From contig JAILLZ010000060.1 of assembly GCA_024692885.1 (NCBI GenBank), positions 1 through 45,181 on the forward strand: a stretch of 45,181 nt of DNA. Reading direction: 5' to 3'. The translations under genes and the position numbers were made by a program. The notes under the pieces were generated by a model. It worked only from the letters and a program-made list of their open reading frames with translations, searched no databases and was not told the DNA's origin. Below, in pieces: positions 1-9,654 of the stretch. The stretch is from Lachnospiraceae bacterium (GTDB taxonomy: Bacteria > Bacillota > Clostridia > Lachnospirales > Lachnospiraceae). The stretch's first letter is position 1. Each line of letters starts with the position of its first letter.

Positions 1-99
1 ACTTGTTAAGTTGATTGAACCGCCGTATACGGAACCGTACGTACGGTGGTGTGAGAGGTCGAAAATGTCTCTATAATGAGACATTTTCTCCTACTCGAT
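1..99 (+). mobile_element. 3' terminus of a group II intron (domain V + domain VI), cut by the window edge
   Basis: nt 20-49 fold like domain V: a 9-bp lower helix CCGCCGTAT/GTACGGTGG with CGC at the catalytic-triad position (class C-like), a 2-nt AC bulge on the 3' strand, a short upper helix and a 4-nt loop. The strands GCCGTATAC...GTACGTACGG match the DV strands I recall from Ll.LtrB. nt 55-96 form a DVI-like hairpin (perfect 11 bp GAAAATGTCTC/GAGACATTTTC plus basal GAGAGG/CCT-A-CTC) with a bulged A at 93, 6 nt before AT at 98-99 (AY 3' end). Confidence 0.5.
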
Positions 100-135
100 T
101 TTATAAATGATTCTTTTCAACAATCTGTATTTTGA

Positions 136-999
136 TTATTCTTCAAGCTGTTTTCTGTGCTCCTCGTCGCGCTTTGCCTGGGAGGCAGCTCTTGGCAATC
201 CCAATGCTCCTATAACAGCATTTTCGCTGTGAACCAGAAGCGTGTGTTCAACCAGTTTCTTTGCGTAATCTGTTTTTGGATTCTCCATGATTTCTTTGGC
301 AGAGCCCTGCTCGGCAATCTTTCCGTTTTCCATGACGATTATCCTGTCGCAGAACTTGCTCACCAGATTGAGGTCATGACTTATGAAAACCATGGAGAGA
401 TTGTAAACTCTCTTTATATTGAACAAAAGCTGAATGATGTTTTTCTGCTCTGTTGCATCCAAAGCTCTTGTTACCTCGTCGCACACAAGTATCTCAGGCT
501 CCACTGTGATTGCTCTTGCGACACATGCCCTCACAGACTGCCCGCCACTCATCTCAAAAGGGTAGTGCTCGAGATACTCCTGTGGCAGACCGCAGACATC
601 CAAAAGCTCCACGGCCTTACTGTTCAGCTCTTTTCTCGGGACCTTCATAGCCTTTAGGTCATCCCTGATTCCATCCCCGATGGTGTGCTTCTGGTCAAAA
701 GCCTCCTGCGGAATCTGATAAACCATTCTGCTGTGGAAAAACTCCTCAGCCTTTTTCTTCGGTTTAAGATCTGTTATATCATTCCCGAAAAGGATTATAT
801 GTCCCTCATCCTGCGCAAGACTTCCGGTCATTATCCTTCCCAAAGTTGTCTTTCCGGAGCCGGATTCTCCGACTATTCCCAAAACCTCGCCCATGCGAAG
901 CTCAACACTCACGTCATTGAGCGCGAGGGTAGAAATCTTATTCTTTGATGTGTATGTTTTCCTAATATGATTTAACTCAAGAACATTGTCTGTTGCCAT
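136..999 (-). CDS. ABC transporter ATP-binding protein, oligopeptide/dipeptide (OppF/DppF-like) type, no cognate permease adjacent
   Basis: 287-aa ORF. It has Walker A GESGSGKTT, the signature-like MSGGQS, Walker B ILVCDE, H-loop FISHD and a PepT-family C-terminal tail (ENPKTDYAKKL). An AAGGTG RBS lies upstream of the ATG. Confidence 0.9.
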   Translation of the reverse strand: MATDNVLELNHIRKTYTSKNKISTLALNDVSVELRMGEVLGIVGESGSGKTTLGRIMTGSLAQDEGHIILFGNDITDLKPKKKAEEFFHSRMVYQIPQEAFDQKHTIGDGIRDDLKAMKVPRKELNSKAVELLDVCGLPQEYLEHYPFEMSGGQSVRACVARAITVEPEILVCDEVTRALDATEQKNIIQLLFNIKRVYNLSMVFISHDLNLVSKFCDRIIVMENGKIAEQGSAKEIMENPKTDYAKKLVEHTLLVHSENAVIGALGLPRAASQAKRDEEHRKQLEE

Positions 1000-1104
1000 T
1001 ATTTCACCTTACTTTGCTTCCTAATCACGATGTATTATACACATTTATTGTGTTATCGCTTTACTTTTCCTATGAAATCCTCTTTATTTGTAAACTGTGT
1101 AAAT

Positions 1105-1281
1105 GGGTGGGATTATACGTATATGCTGACGGCTTCAGGAGACGTCGGCACTTATGCTGTTAAGGAAGCGCCTCAAGTGCCGTTCACGAGCACATTGAGG
1201 TGCGGTCTTAAGAGGATTATGTGCCGCTACGTCGGATGCAGAGCGAGAGCGTCCGTCACGCATATATGTATAATCCCACCC
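1105..1281. repeat. 177-bp long imperfect palindrome (rod-like hairpin, ~58 bp paired)
   Basis: Hand pairing gave three stems. The outer stem 1105-1132/1253-1281 is 28 bp with one bulge and one G-T. The middle stem 1141-1151/1221-1233 is 11 bp. The apical stem is 1160-1179/1191-1211, with an apical loop at 1180-1190. Internal loops are 8/19 and 8/8 nt. Confidence 0.85.
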
Positions 1282-1416
1282 TTAGAAACACTTATCAATT
1301 ATATTAGTAAAAAAGTAAAAACACAATTCAAGAAATGTGGTATAACAGACGCAAAGCGTCTGTTATCACATGCGGTCGTCGAATACAAATAAATTTGTAT
1401 TCTCCTCGTCGCTAAT

Positions 1417-1426
1417 GTGGTATAAT
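1417..1426 (+). promoter_or_regulatory. extended -10 promoter element (TGgTATAAT) proximal to cbp
   Basis: TGGTATAAT at 1418-1426, about 40 nt upstream of the cbp ATG. Only a weak -35 (TTGTAT 1395-1400, 20-nt spacer) is present. A near copy TGGTATAAC occurs at 1338-1346. Confidence 0.45.
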
Positions 1427-1466
1427 CGTTTGTGATTTAATTATCAATCGGAGGAGGGTTTGAAAA

Positions 1467-3902
1467 ATGAAATTTGGACATTTCGATGACGAACACAGAG
1501 AGTACGTCATCACAACACCGGCCACACCGTTGCCTTGGATTAACTACCTTGGAAATACCGATTTCTTTTCGCTTATTTCCAATACATGTGGTGGTTACAG
1601 CTTTTACAAGGATGCGAAGCTTTTAAGACTTACAAGATATCGCTACAATAACGTGCCGGCGGATACAAACGGAAGGTATTATTTTATTAAGGACGGGGAA
1701 AGCATTTGGAACCCTGCATGGCAGCCTGTAAAGGCAGACCTTGACTCTTATGAGTGCAGACACGGATTGGGGTACAGTCGCTTTACATCGGTGAAGGATA
1801 AAGTTAAAGCAGAGCTTACTGCTTTTGTACCTCTTAAGGAGAGCATGGAGGTAAACAGACTTGTCCTTACAAACGAATCAGACAAAGAGAAAAATCTTGA
1901 TCTTTTTTCTTATGTGGAATTCTGTTTTTGGAATGCCGTAGATGACTCCACAAACTTCCAGAGAAACTTAAGCCTTGGAGAAGTTGAAGTCATCGGTTCA
2001 ACCATCTTCCACAAATCTGAGTACAGAGAGAGAAGAAATCACTTTGCATATTATACGGTAAACCGCGATGTTGACGGATTTGAGACAAGCAGAGATGAAT
2101 TCCTCGGCGTATACGGCAGCATTGAGAGACCTAACGCTGTTATAGAGGGAAAACTCAACAGCACATTTGCTTCAGGCGGAGCCGTAATCGGAAGCCACCA
2201 TATCAAAGTAAAACTTGCTCCGGGTGAGAGCACATCACTTATCTTCCTTTTGGGATACAGCGAGAATCCAGATGATGATAAGTGGGAAGCTCCTAATGTA
2301 ATAAAGAAGGACAATGCATTTGCCGCAATAAACAGATTTAAAACAGATGATCAGGTAGACGCAGCATTAAAAGCACTCCGTGATTACTGGTCAGAGATTC
2401 TTGGCATCTACAATGTAAACAGCCCGGAAGATAAATTGAACAGAATGGTAAATATCTGGAACCAGTATCAGTGTATGATTACATTTAACATGTCACGTTC
2501 CGCTTCATATTATGAGTCAGGAACAGGACGTGGAATGGGATTCAGAGATTCATGCCAGGACCTTTTGGGATTTGTTCATCTCATTCCTGACAGAGCGAGA
2601 GAGAGAATCCTTGATATCGCAGCTACCCAGTTTGAGGATGGTTCTGCATACCATCAGTATCAGCCTCTTACAAAGAAGGGAAATCTGGATATCGGTTCAG
2701 GATTCAACGATGATCCACTCTGGCTCATTGCAGCAGTTGCCGCATATCTCAAGGAGACAGGAGACATGTCCATCCTTGATGAGCAGGTTGATTTTGACAA
2801 CGACCACACAAAAGCAGACACATTGCTCGAGCATTTGCGCCGCTCATTCAACTATACAAATACACATCTCGGACCACACAAGCTTCCACTCATCGGTAGA
2901 GCAGACTGGAACGATTGCCTCAACTTAAACTGCTTCTCAAAGGAGCCGGGTGAGTCATTCCAGACAACCGGACCTTCAGAGGGACCTGTAGCAGAGTCAG
3001 TATTCATCGCCGGAATGTTTGTTAAATACGGAAATGAATATGCGAACATCCTCAAACTTGTCGGAAAAGATGATGAGGCAAAGAAAGTTCTTGACGCAGT
3101 AAAAGTTGTTTATGATGCAACACTTACTGCAGGATGGGACGGAGAATGGTTCGTCAGAGCATATGATGCAAACGGAGACAAGGTTGGTTCGAAGGAGTGT
3201 GAGGAAGGACAGATCTTCATCGAGCCACAGGGATTCTGTATCATCGCAGGAATCGGTGTTGAGGAAGGACATGCAAAGAAGGCGCTTGATTCTGTTAAGG
3301 AAAGACTTGATACAAAGTATGGAATCGTGCTTCAGCAGCCATGCTACACAAAGTACTATCTCAACCTTGGTGAGATTTCTTCATACCCACCTGGATACAA
3401 AGAGAATGCAGGTATCTTCTGCCACAACAATCCATGGATCTCTATAGCTGAGGCCATAATCGGACGTGGAGACAGAGCCTTCGAGATATACAGAAAGACA
3501 GCACCTGCTTACATTGAGGATATAAGCGAGATTCACAGAACTGAGCCTTATGTATACTCACAGATGGTTGCAGGAAAAGATGCTCCAAAGCACGGCGAGG
3601 CAAAGAACAGCTGGCTTACAGGAACAGCAGCATGGACCTTCGTTGATGTTTCACAGTTTATTCTGGGTATCCAGCCTGATTACGATGGACTTAAGGTTGA
3701 TCCTTGTATTCCATCCGGATGGGACGGATTCAAGCTCAACAGAAAATTCCGCGGTTCTATGTACCGCATAACCGTTGAAAATCCTAACCACGTTGAAAAG
3801 GGCGTGAAGGAAATGTATGTAAACGGAAATAAAGTTGACGGAAACATCGTGGTAGCTGAGAACGGAAAAACAGATTACGAAGTAAAGATAATAATGGGTT
3901 AA
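1467..3902 (+). CDS. cbp: cellobiose phosphorylase (GH94)
   Basis: 811-aa ORF with a strong GGAGGAGGG RBS. The N-terminus [29 protein letters not shown] and the 811-aa length match GH94 cellobiose phosphorylases as I recall them. Confidence 0.9.
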   Translation: MKFGHFDDEHREYVITTPATPLPWINYLGNTDFFSLISNTCGGYSFYKDAKLLRLTRYRYNNVPADTNGRYYFIKDGESIWNPAWQPVKADLDSYECRHGLGYSRFTSVKDKVKAELTAFVPLKESMEVNRLVLTNESDKEKNLDLFSYVEFCFWNAVDDSTNFQRNLSLGEVEVIGSTIFHKSEYRERRNHFAYYTVNRDVDGFETSRDEFLGVYGSIERPNAVIEGKLNSTFASGGAVIGSHHIKVKLAPGESTSLIFLLGYSENPDDDKWEAPNVIKKDNAFAAINRFKTDDQVDAALKALRDYWSEILGIYNVNSPEDKLNRMVNIWNQYQCMITFNMSRSASYYESGTGRGMGFRDSCQDLLGFVHLIPDRARERILDIAATQFEDGSAYHQYQPLTKKGNLDIGSGFNDDPLWLIAAVAAYLKETGDMSILDEQVDFDNDHTKADTLLEHLRRSFNYTNTHLGPHKLPLIGRADWNDCLNLNCFSKEPGESFQTTGPSEGPVAESVFIAGMFVKYGNEYANILKLVGKDDEAKKVLDAVKVVYDATLTAGWDGEWFVRAYDANGDKVGSKECEEGQIFIEPQGFCIIAGIGVEEGHAKKALDSVKERLDTKYGIVLQQPCYTKYYLNLGEISSYPPGYKENAGIFCHNNPWISIAEAIIGRGDRAFEIYRKTAPAYIEDISEIHRTEPYVYSQMVAGKDAPKHGEAKNSWLTGTAAWTFVDVSQFILGIQPDYDGLKVDPCIPSGWDGFKLNRKFRGSMYRITVENPNHVEKGVKEMYVNGNKVDGNIVVAENGKTDYEVKIIMG

Positions 3903-3915
3903 TCAATAAAAAATG

Positions 3916-3948
3916 TAATGGGATGTCTGAAAAACGGACATCCCATTA
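3916..3948 (+). terminator. stem-loop downstream of cbp (possible terminator, no U-tract)
   Basis: TAATGGGATGTC/GACATCCCATTA forms a 12-14 bp stem with an A-rich loop, 14 nt after the cbp stop. It is followed by TGCATTG rather than a T-run. Confidence 0.4.
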
Positions 3949-3952
3949 TGCA

Positions 3953-3980
3953 TTGACACAAAATCGCAATATGTTATTAT
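3953..3980 (+). promoter_or_regulatory. sigma-A type promoter for the PPIase lipoprotein/dgt-dnaG-rpoD unit
   Basis: TTGACA (3953-3958), a 16-nt spacer, then TGtTATTAT (extended -10, 3972-3980). Confidence 0.55.
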
Positions 3981-4029
3981 AGAAAGTGGACTTTTATATA
4001 CTGATAAAAAGCAGACAGGAGGAACATCA

Positions 4030-4716
4030 ATGAAGTCCATTGGGAAAACAGTTCTTTTGATTTTGATTACAGCATTGGCTATGCTTACGGCTTTCGGCTG
4101 CGGAAATTCAGCCGCTTCAGACAGCAGTGCTTCCGATAAAGAAGAGTCACAGACCACAGAAGAAACAGCAACCGAAACAGCAGATTCTTCTGAAGGAACA
4201 GATCAGGGTGATTACCTTAGCGGTCTGTGGACAGTGAAAATAAATGTGAAAGATTACGGAACCATAGTTTGCGAGCTTGACGCCGATACTGCACCTATTA
4301 CGGTTACAAATTTTGTAAATCTTGCCGATTCAGGCTATTACAACGGACTTACTTTCCACAGAATTATTTCCGGATTCATGATTCAGGGAGGTTCACCTAA
4401 CGGAGACGGCATAGGCGGTTCCGGTACAAACATAAAAGGTGAGTTTTCCGAAAATGGAGTGGAAAACAATATCAGTCACGTGAGGGGAACAATTTCCATG
4501 GCCAGATCCACTGATTATGACAGTGGAAGTGCGCAGTTCTTCATTGTCCATGAGGACAGTACATTTTTGGATGGGTCATATGCGGCCTTCGGTCACGTTA
4601 CCGAGGGAATGGATATTGTTGATAAAATATGTTCCGATACACCTGTAGTGGACAGCAACGGTACTGTCGAGGCTGAAAACCAGCCTGTGATAGAGAGTGT
4701 TACTGTTGTGAGATAG
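4030..4716 (+). CDS. peptidyl-prolyl cis-trans isomerase, cyclophilin type, lipoprotein (exported)
   Basis: 228 aa. It has a signal peptide with lipobox LTAFGC, an acidic S/T/E-rich linker and a cyclophilin core (FHRIISGFMIQGG, SMARS, GSAQFFI). The RBS is AGGAGG. Confidence 0.9.
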   Translation: MKSIGKTVLLILITALAMLTAFGCGNSAASDSSASDKEESQTTEETATETADSSEGTDQGDYLSGLWTVKINVKDYGTIVCELDADTAPITVTNFVNLADSGYYNGLTFHRIISGFMIQGGSPNGDGIGGSGTNIKGEFSENGVENNISHVRGTISMARSTDYDSGSAQFFIVHEDSTFLDGSYAAFGHVTEGMDIVDKICSDTPVVDSNGTVEAENQPVIESVTVVR

Positions 4717-4742
4717 AAACTGTTCAGTTTATGGAGGTATGA

Positions 4743-5750
4743 ATGACGATACGAGAACAGATGGAAGAAAGAGAGAAAAAGCTTCTTTCGCCATATGCGG
4801 CACATAGTGTCGATTCAAAGGGAAGAGACAGGGAAGAACCACAATGTGATATCAGACCTGTATATCAGAGAGACAGAGATCGTATCATTCATTGCAAGGC
4901 TTTTCGAAGACTGAAAAACAAAACACAGGTCTTTCTTGATCCTAAGGGAGACCATTACAGGACAAGGATGTCACACACCCTTGAGGTTTCGCAGAACGCA
5001 AGAACTATTGCAAAAGCGCTTAGACTTAACGAAGATCTTGTGGAGGCCATAGCACTTGGGCATGATTTGGGGCACACTCCATTCGGCCATTGCGGCGAAA
5101 GGGTTTTGGATAAGTTTTTGGAAGGCGGATTCAAGCATAACGAACAGAGTGTCAGAGTGGTTGAAAAGCTTGAAAAGGACGGAAGAGGCTTAAATCTTAC
5201 CTGGGAAGTGAGAGACGGTATATTAAACCATGAGTTGAACCTTATGCCATCCACACTTGAAGGCAGGGTTGTCAGACTTTCAGACAAGATAGCCTACACT
5301 TGCAGCGATATAGAAGATGCCATAAGGGCAAAAATCCTCACAGAGGAAGAGTTGCCAAAGGAATATACAGATATCCTTGGACATACCACCAGGGAAAGAC
5401 TTAACACCTGCATTCACGACATTATTATAAACAGCGAAGATAAGGATGACATTTGCCTTTCTTCGGACGTTATGGATGCACTTATGGGATTGAGAAAATT
5501 TATGTTTGAAAACGTATATACCAATCCTATAGCTAAAGCAGAAGAAATCAGGGCTTATTCATTGTTGGAACAGCTCTTTGATTTTTACATGAAAAATACA
5601 AGCTTACTTCCACCGTGGTTTGAAAGCAGGATCACGGAGGAGGAAAATGCCGCGAGAGTGGTTTGCGATTACATTGCAGGTATGACAGATCAGTATGCGG
5701 TAAACAAATTCAAAGAATACTTCATGCCGAAAGCATGGGAATTCGATTGA
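4743..5750 (+). CDS. dgt: dGTP triphosphohydrolase-like HD-domain protein
   Basis: 335 aa with an HD motif (LGHDLGHTPFGH). The N-terminus (RDRDRIIHCKAFRRLKNKTQVF) is typical of dGTPase-like proteins, and its position upstream of dnaG is as in many Firmicutes. Confidence 0.85.
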   Translation: MTIREQMEEREKKLLSPYAAHSVDSKGRDREEPQCDIRPVYQRDRDRIIHCKAFRRLKNKTQVFLDPKGDHYRTRMSHTLEVSQNARTIAKALRLNEDLVEAIALGHDLGHTPFGHCGERVLDKFLEGGFKHNEQSVRVVEKLEKDGRGLNLTWEVRDGILNHELNLMPSTLEGRVVRLSDKIAYTCSDIEDAIRAKILTEEELPKEYTDILGHTTRERLNTCIHDIIINSEDKDDICLSSDVMDALMGLRKFMFENVYTNPIAKAEEIRAYSLLEQLFDFYMKNTSLLPPWFESRITEEENAARVVCDYIAGMTDQYAVNKFKEYFMPKAWEFD

Positions 5751-5766
5751 TTTAACAGAGGGAACA

Positions 5767-7563
5767 ATGCCGAGATATTCAGATGAACTCATTGAGGAGA
5801 TATGCTCAAGAAATGATATAGTGGACGTTGTGGGAAGATATGTGAAGCTTTCCAAACGTGGAAGCACATATTTTGGGCTTTGTCCGTTTCACAATGAGAA
5901 AACGGCATCCTTCTCGGTCACCCCTTCAAAGCAGATGTATTATTGTTTTGGATGCGGTGCCGGCGGAAATGTGATTACATTTCTAATGAATTATGAAAAC
6001 TTCAGCTTCACAGAGGCGATTCAGGAACTGGCAAAAAATGCCGGAATAGAGCTTCCGAAACAGGAGTACTCTCCGGAGCAGAAAAGAGAGGCCGACAAAA
6101 GACAGCTTTTGTTTGATGCAAATAAGGAAGCAGGCAAATTCTATTATGCCATGCTGAGAAGTGAAAGAGGCAAAAAAGCCTATGAGTATTTCGTTGGACG
6201 AAAGCTCTCCGACGAGACCATGAAGAAATTCGGGCTGGGTTATTCGGACATGTACTCCGACAGCCTGTACAAGTATTTGAAATCCAAAGGGTATAAAGAC
6301 GAACTCCTCAAGGAGACAGGTCTTTTTACATATGATGAGGCAAAGGGAGCCCATGACAAATTCTGGAACAGAGCCATGTTTCCTATTATGGATGTCCACA
6401 ATAAAATAATAGGATTCGGTGGCAGAGTCATGGGAGACGGCGAACCAAAATACCTCAACTCCCCGGAAACAAGAATATTTGACAAGGGAAGAAACCTCTA
6501 TGGTTTGAACATTGCAAGGTCATCTAAAAGAGATGGACTTTTGCTTTGTGAGGGATATATGGACGTAATCTCGCTTCACCAGGCGGGATTCGACAACGCC
6601 GTCGCATCACTTGGAACCGCTTTGACCAGCGGACATGCCAATCTTTTGAAAAGATATACAAAGGATGTGTATCTGACGTACGACAGCGACGGAGCCGGCG
6701 TGAAAGCCGCACTTCGCGCCATACCGATTCTCAAGCAGGTCGGAATCACAGCTAAGGTTGTGGATATGAAACCGTACAAAGATCCGGATGAATTCATAAA
6801 AGCACTCGGAGCGGAAGCATACGAGGACAGGATAAAAAATGCGGAAAACAGTTTCATGTTCGAGATAAGGATGTTGGAAAAGCAGTTCAATTTGAGTGAT
6901 CCAACTGAAAAAACCTCATTTCAGCATGCTGTGGCCGAAAAGCTTTTGTCATTCCCTGAAGAATTGGAAAGAAACAATTATCTTGAGGCAGTGGCAGACA
7001 AATATATGATGGGATACGATAACCTTAGAAAGCTCGTTTTGAGCCTTGCTGCAAAAGGAGTACCGCAGCGCAAGGAAAAAGATGAAGTATCCGAGAGAAG
7101 AAGCCGAAATATAAAGAAGGTTGACGGAATGAAGCAATCCGAAAAGCTTCTTCTCACATACCTGATAGAGGATACGGGGCTGTTTGAACAGCTTAAAGGA
7201 TATATTTCACCTTCCGATTTTTCGGAGGGACTCTACTCACAGGCGGCGACAATGCTGTTTGAGCAGTACGAGCAAAACAAAACCGTAAATCCGGCTCAGA
7301 TTATCAGCCGGTTTGAGGACGAGGAGGACCAGAGAGAGCTGGCTTCTCTCTTCAATGCAAAAGTTAGATTCTTAAGTACTAAAACGGAACAGGAAAAAGC
7401 TTTGTTAGAGACGGTGATCCGTGTAAAACAGAACAGTTTGGACAACATGTCCCAGAATCTGGATCCGACGGATATGGGTGGCTTACAGAAGCTGATAGAA
7501 GAGAAGAAAAAGCTTACAAATATGAACCGTTTGGTATTTACGATAAATATACCGGAGGAGTAG
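5767..7563 (+). CDS. dnaG: DNA primase
   Basis: 598 aa. It has the zinc-ribbon CPFHNEKTASFSV...YYCFGCG, the TOPRIM region (LCEGYMDVISL, YDSDGAG) and a C-terminal helicase-interaction region. Confidence 0.95.
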   Translation: MPRYSDELIEEICSRNDIVDVVGRYVKLSKRGSTYFGLCPFHNEKTASFSVTPSKQMYYCFGCGAGGNVITFLMNYENFSFTEAIQELAKNAGIELPKQEYSPEQKREADKRQLLFDANKEAGKFYYAMLRSERGKKAYEYFVGRKLSDETMKKFGLGYSDMYSDSLYKYLKSKGYKDELLKETGLFTYDEAKGAHDKFWNRAMFPIMDVHNKIIGFGGRVMGDGEPKYLNSPETRIFDKGRNLYGLNIARSSKRDGLLLCEGYMDVISLHQAGFDNAVASLGTALTSGHANLLKRYTKDVYLTYDSDGAGVKAALRAIPILKQVGITAKVVDMKPYKDPDEFIKALGAEAYEDRIKNAENSFMFEIRMLEKQFNLSDPTEKTSFQHAVAEKLLSFPEELERNNYLEAVADKYMMGYDNLRKLVLSLAAKGVPQRKEKDEVSERRSRNIKKVDGMKQSEKLLLTYLIEDTGLFEQLKGYISPSDFSEGLYSQAATMLFEQYEQNKTVNPAQIISRFEDEEDQRELASLFNAKVRFLSTKTEQEKALLETVIRVKQNSLDNMSQNLDPTDMGGLQKLIEEKKKLTNMNRLVFTINIPEE

Positions 7564-7593
7564 ATCTCCAATAAACTCAAAAAGAGGTAAGAA

Positions 7594-8859
7594 ATGGCTG
7601 CCAGAAAAAAAGCAACGGAAGAACTAGTAAAAGAAGAACTAGTAAAAGAAGAAGTAACAACAGAAGAAGTCGCTGAAAAGCCAAAACGTGGAAGAAAGTC
7701 CAAAAAGAATGCGGAGGATTCGGTTAAGGAAAAGAAGGAAGAGACAGGAAACGAGGCCGACAGAGAACTTTTTGCCGAAAAATTGAGCGAGTTGGTTAAA
7801 GAGGCAAAAAAGAAGAAAAACACACTTGAAGAGCCGGAGATTAACGACAAATTCAAGGATGTAAGACTCACTGCCGAAGATTTCGAGAAGATACTTGAAT
7901 ATCTCGAGACAAACGGAATAGATGTATTGCGACTCATTCCTGAGGATGATGAGGAACCTGATGAGATTTCTCTTGAAGAAGAGGAAGAAATCGAGGTAGA
8001 GAACATCGATCTTTCAGTTCCTGACGGAATAAGCGTGGAAGATCCTGTACGTATGTATCTCAAGGAAATCGGAAAAGTCCCTCTCCTTACAGCTGAGGAG
8101 GAAATCGACCTTGCTCAGAGAATGGAAGCAGGAGATCAGGAAGCAAAGAAAAAGCTTGCTGAGGCAAACCTTAGACTTGTTGTTTCCATCGCAAAGAGAT
8201 ATGTGGGAAGAGGAATGCTTTTCCTTGATCTCATCCAGGAAGGAAACCTCGGACTTATCAAGGCTGTAGAAAAGTTTGATTACAGAAAAGGATATAAATT
8301 CTCTACATATGCAACATGGTGGATTCGTCAGGCTATCACAAGAGCCATCGCCGATCAGGCAAGAACAATCCGTATTCCTGTACATATGGTTGAGACAATC
8401 AACAAGCTTATCCGTGTCAGCAGACAGCTGCTTCAGGAACTTGGTAGAGAACCAACCCCTGAGGAGATTGCTGAGGCTATGAATATGCCGGTTGACAGAG
8501 TTAGAGAGATATTAAAGATTTCTCAGGAGCCGGTATCACTTGAGACTCCAATCGGTGAGGAGGAAGACAGCCATCTTGGAGATTTCATTCAGGATGACAA
8601 TGTTCCTGTACCTGCCGATGCAGCTGCATTTACACTTCTCAAGGAACAGCTTCAGGAAGTTTTGGGAACTCTTACCGAGAGAGAACAGAAAGTTCTTACT
8701 CTTCGTTTCGGACTTGAGGACGGAAGAGCCAGAACACTTGAGGAAGTAGGAAAAGAGTTTAACGTAACGCGAGAGAGAATCAGACAGATTGAAGCCAAAG
8801 CATTAAGAAAGCTTCGCCATCCGAGCAGAAGCAGAAAGCTTAAGGATTATTTAGAGTAA
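7594..8859 (+). CDS. rpoD: primary RNA polymerase sigma factor (sigma-70/SigA)
   Basis: 421 aa. Region 2 is [58 protein letters not shown] and region 4 is [29 protein letters not shown]. The N-terminal region is acidic and Lys-rich. Confidence 0.97.
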   Translation: MAARKKATEELVKEELVKEEVTTEEVAEKPKRGRKSKKNAEDSVKEKKEETGNEADRELFAEKLSELVKEAKKKKNTLEEPEINDKFKDVRLTAEDFEKILEYLETNGIDVLRLIPEDDEEPDEISLEEEEEIEVENIDLSVPDGISVEDPVRMYLKEIGKVPLLTAEEEIDLAQRMEAGDQEAKKKLAEANLRLVVSIAKRYVGRGMLFLDLIQEGNLGLIKAVEKFDYRKGYKFSTYATWWIRQAITRAIADQARTIRIPVHMVETINKLIRVSRQLLQELGREPTPEEIAEAMNMPVDRVREILKISQEPVSLETPIGEEEDSHLGDFIQDDNVPVPADAAAFTLLKEQLQEVLGTLTEREQKVLTLRFGLEDGRARTLEEVGKEFNVTRERIRQIEAKALRKLRHPSRSRKLKDYLE

Positions 8860-8861
8860 AA

Positions 8862-9650
8862 ATGGGTGAAATAAAGGTGTCTTCGCGTCTGGCAGCCGTG
8901 GCAAACATGGTAAGTCAAGGGGCGAGGCTTGCGGATATTGGGACAGACCACGGTTTTGTCCCAATTCTGCTTATACAAAGGAAAAAAATAGAACATGCAA
9001 TTGCCATGGATATAGGAAAAGGACCATTGTCAAGAGCGAAGGAACACGTGGAGGAACTGGGGCTTGAGGCGGATATCGAGCTAAGACTTTCCGACGGAAT
9101 GAAGGCTCTTTTGCCGAATGAGGCAGACAGCATAGTAATAGCCGGAATGGGTGGAAACCTTGTGCTTAAAATCCTTACCGATTCGGATCCTGTGGAGCTT
9201 GGTATAGAGGAAATGACCCTTTCTCCTCAATCGGACGTGGAAAAGGTGAGAGAATACCTGTTTTTGCGCGGATTTATCGTAGATAATGAGAATATGGTCT
9301 TTGAAGATGGCAAGTTTTATCCGATAATACATGTAAGAGTATGTGGCGGAGAAAGTAATGCGAGTACCGTGAAAGAATCCGATGGTGACATGGAGGAAAT
9401 GATCGCTCGCTACGGAGAGGAGAAATACCTCGATTTTCTTTACGGAGAGGTACTCCTGAAGGATAAAAATCCAACGCTGCTCAAATATCTTGAAAATGAA
9501 CAGAGAATACTTGAGGGATTGAAGAACAGTTTGAAAAAGAGCCTTGAGAAAGCCGAAAACGGAGGAAGCGAAAAGCTTGAGAAGAGGCTTGGGCAGGTTC
9601 TTACACAGTGCAGACTAAATGAGACGGCACTTCAAAGAGTGAGAGGGTGA
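8862..9650 (+). CDS. trmK: tRNA (adenine(22)-N1)-methyltransferase TrmK-like SAM methyltransferase
   Basis: 262 aa. SRLAAVANMV...ADIGTDHGFVP...IAGMGG matches my recollection of B. subtilis TrmK/YqfN, and the gene sits immediately after rpoD as it does in Bacillus. Confidence 0.8.
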   Translation: MGEIKVSSRLAAVANMVSQGARLADIGTDHGFVPILLIQRKKIEHAIAMDIGKGPLSRAKEHVEELGLEADIELRLSDGMKALLPNEADSIVIAGMGGNLVLKILTDSDPVELGIEEMTLSPQSDVEKVREYLFLRGFIVDNENMVFEDGKFYPIIHVRVCGGESNASTVKESDGDMEEMIARYGEEKYLDFLYGEVLLKDKNPTLLKYLENEQRILEGLKNSLKKSLEKAENGGSEKLEKRLGQVLTQCRLNETALQRVRG

Positions 9651-9654
9651 AAAA

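Noticed and set aside
61-89. Perfect 11-bp hairpin read as the terminator of the - strand ABC ATPase gene
   Set aside because: On the - strand it is not followed by a U-tract. Together with the flanking bulged-A basal helix and the adjacent domain-V-like hairpin, it fits group II intron domain VI better. A dual role cannot be excluded.
1030-1392. 120-aa + strand ORF in the ABC-ATPase/cbp intergenic region
   Set aside because: It runs straight through the 177-bp palindrome and two further hairpins. It has no RBS, and its composition (Cys/Arg/Tyr-rich) is not protein-like. It is better explained as non-coding structured DNA.
7618-7647. Perfect 15-bp tandem duplication GAAGAACTAGTAAAA x2 ([10 protein letters not shown]) at the start of rpoD
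   Set aside because: This is a real repeat, but it is in-frame low-complexity expansion of the poorly conserved sigma region 1.1 or its upstream part. It is common and not a regulatory or mobile feature.
7296-8063. 255-aa Ser/Phe-rich ORF on the - strand
   Set aside because: It is antisense to the 3' end of dnaG and the acidic/Lys-rich N-terminus of rpoD. The open frame is a mirror artefact of the GAA/AAG-rich sense codons, and it has no RBS.
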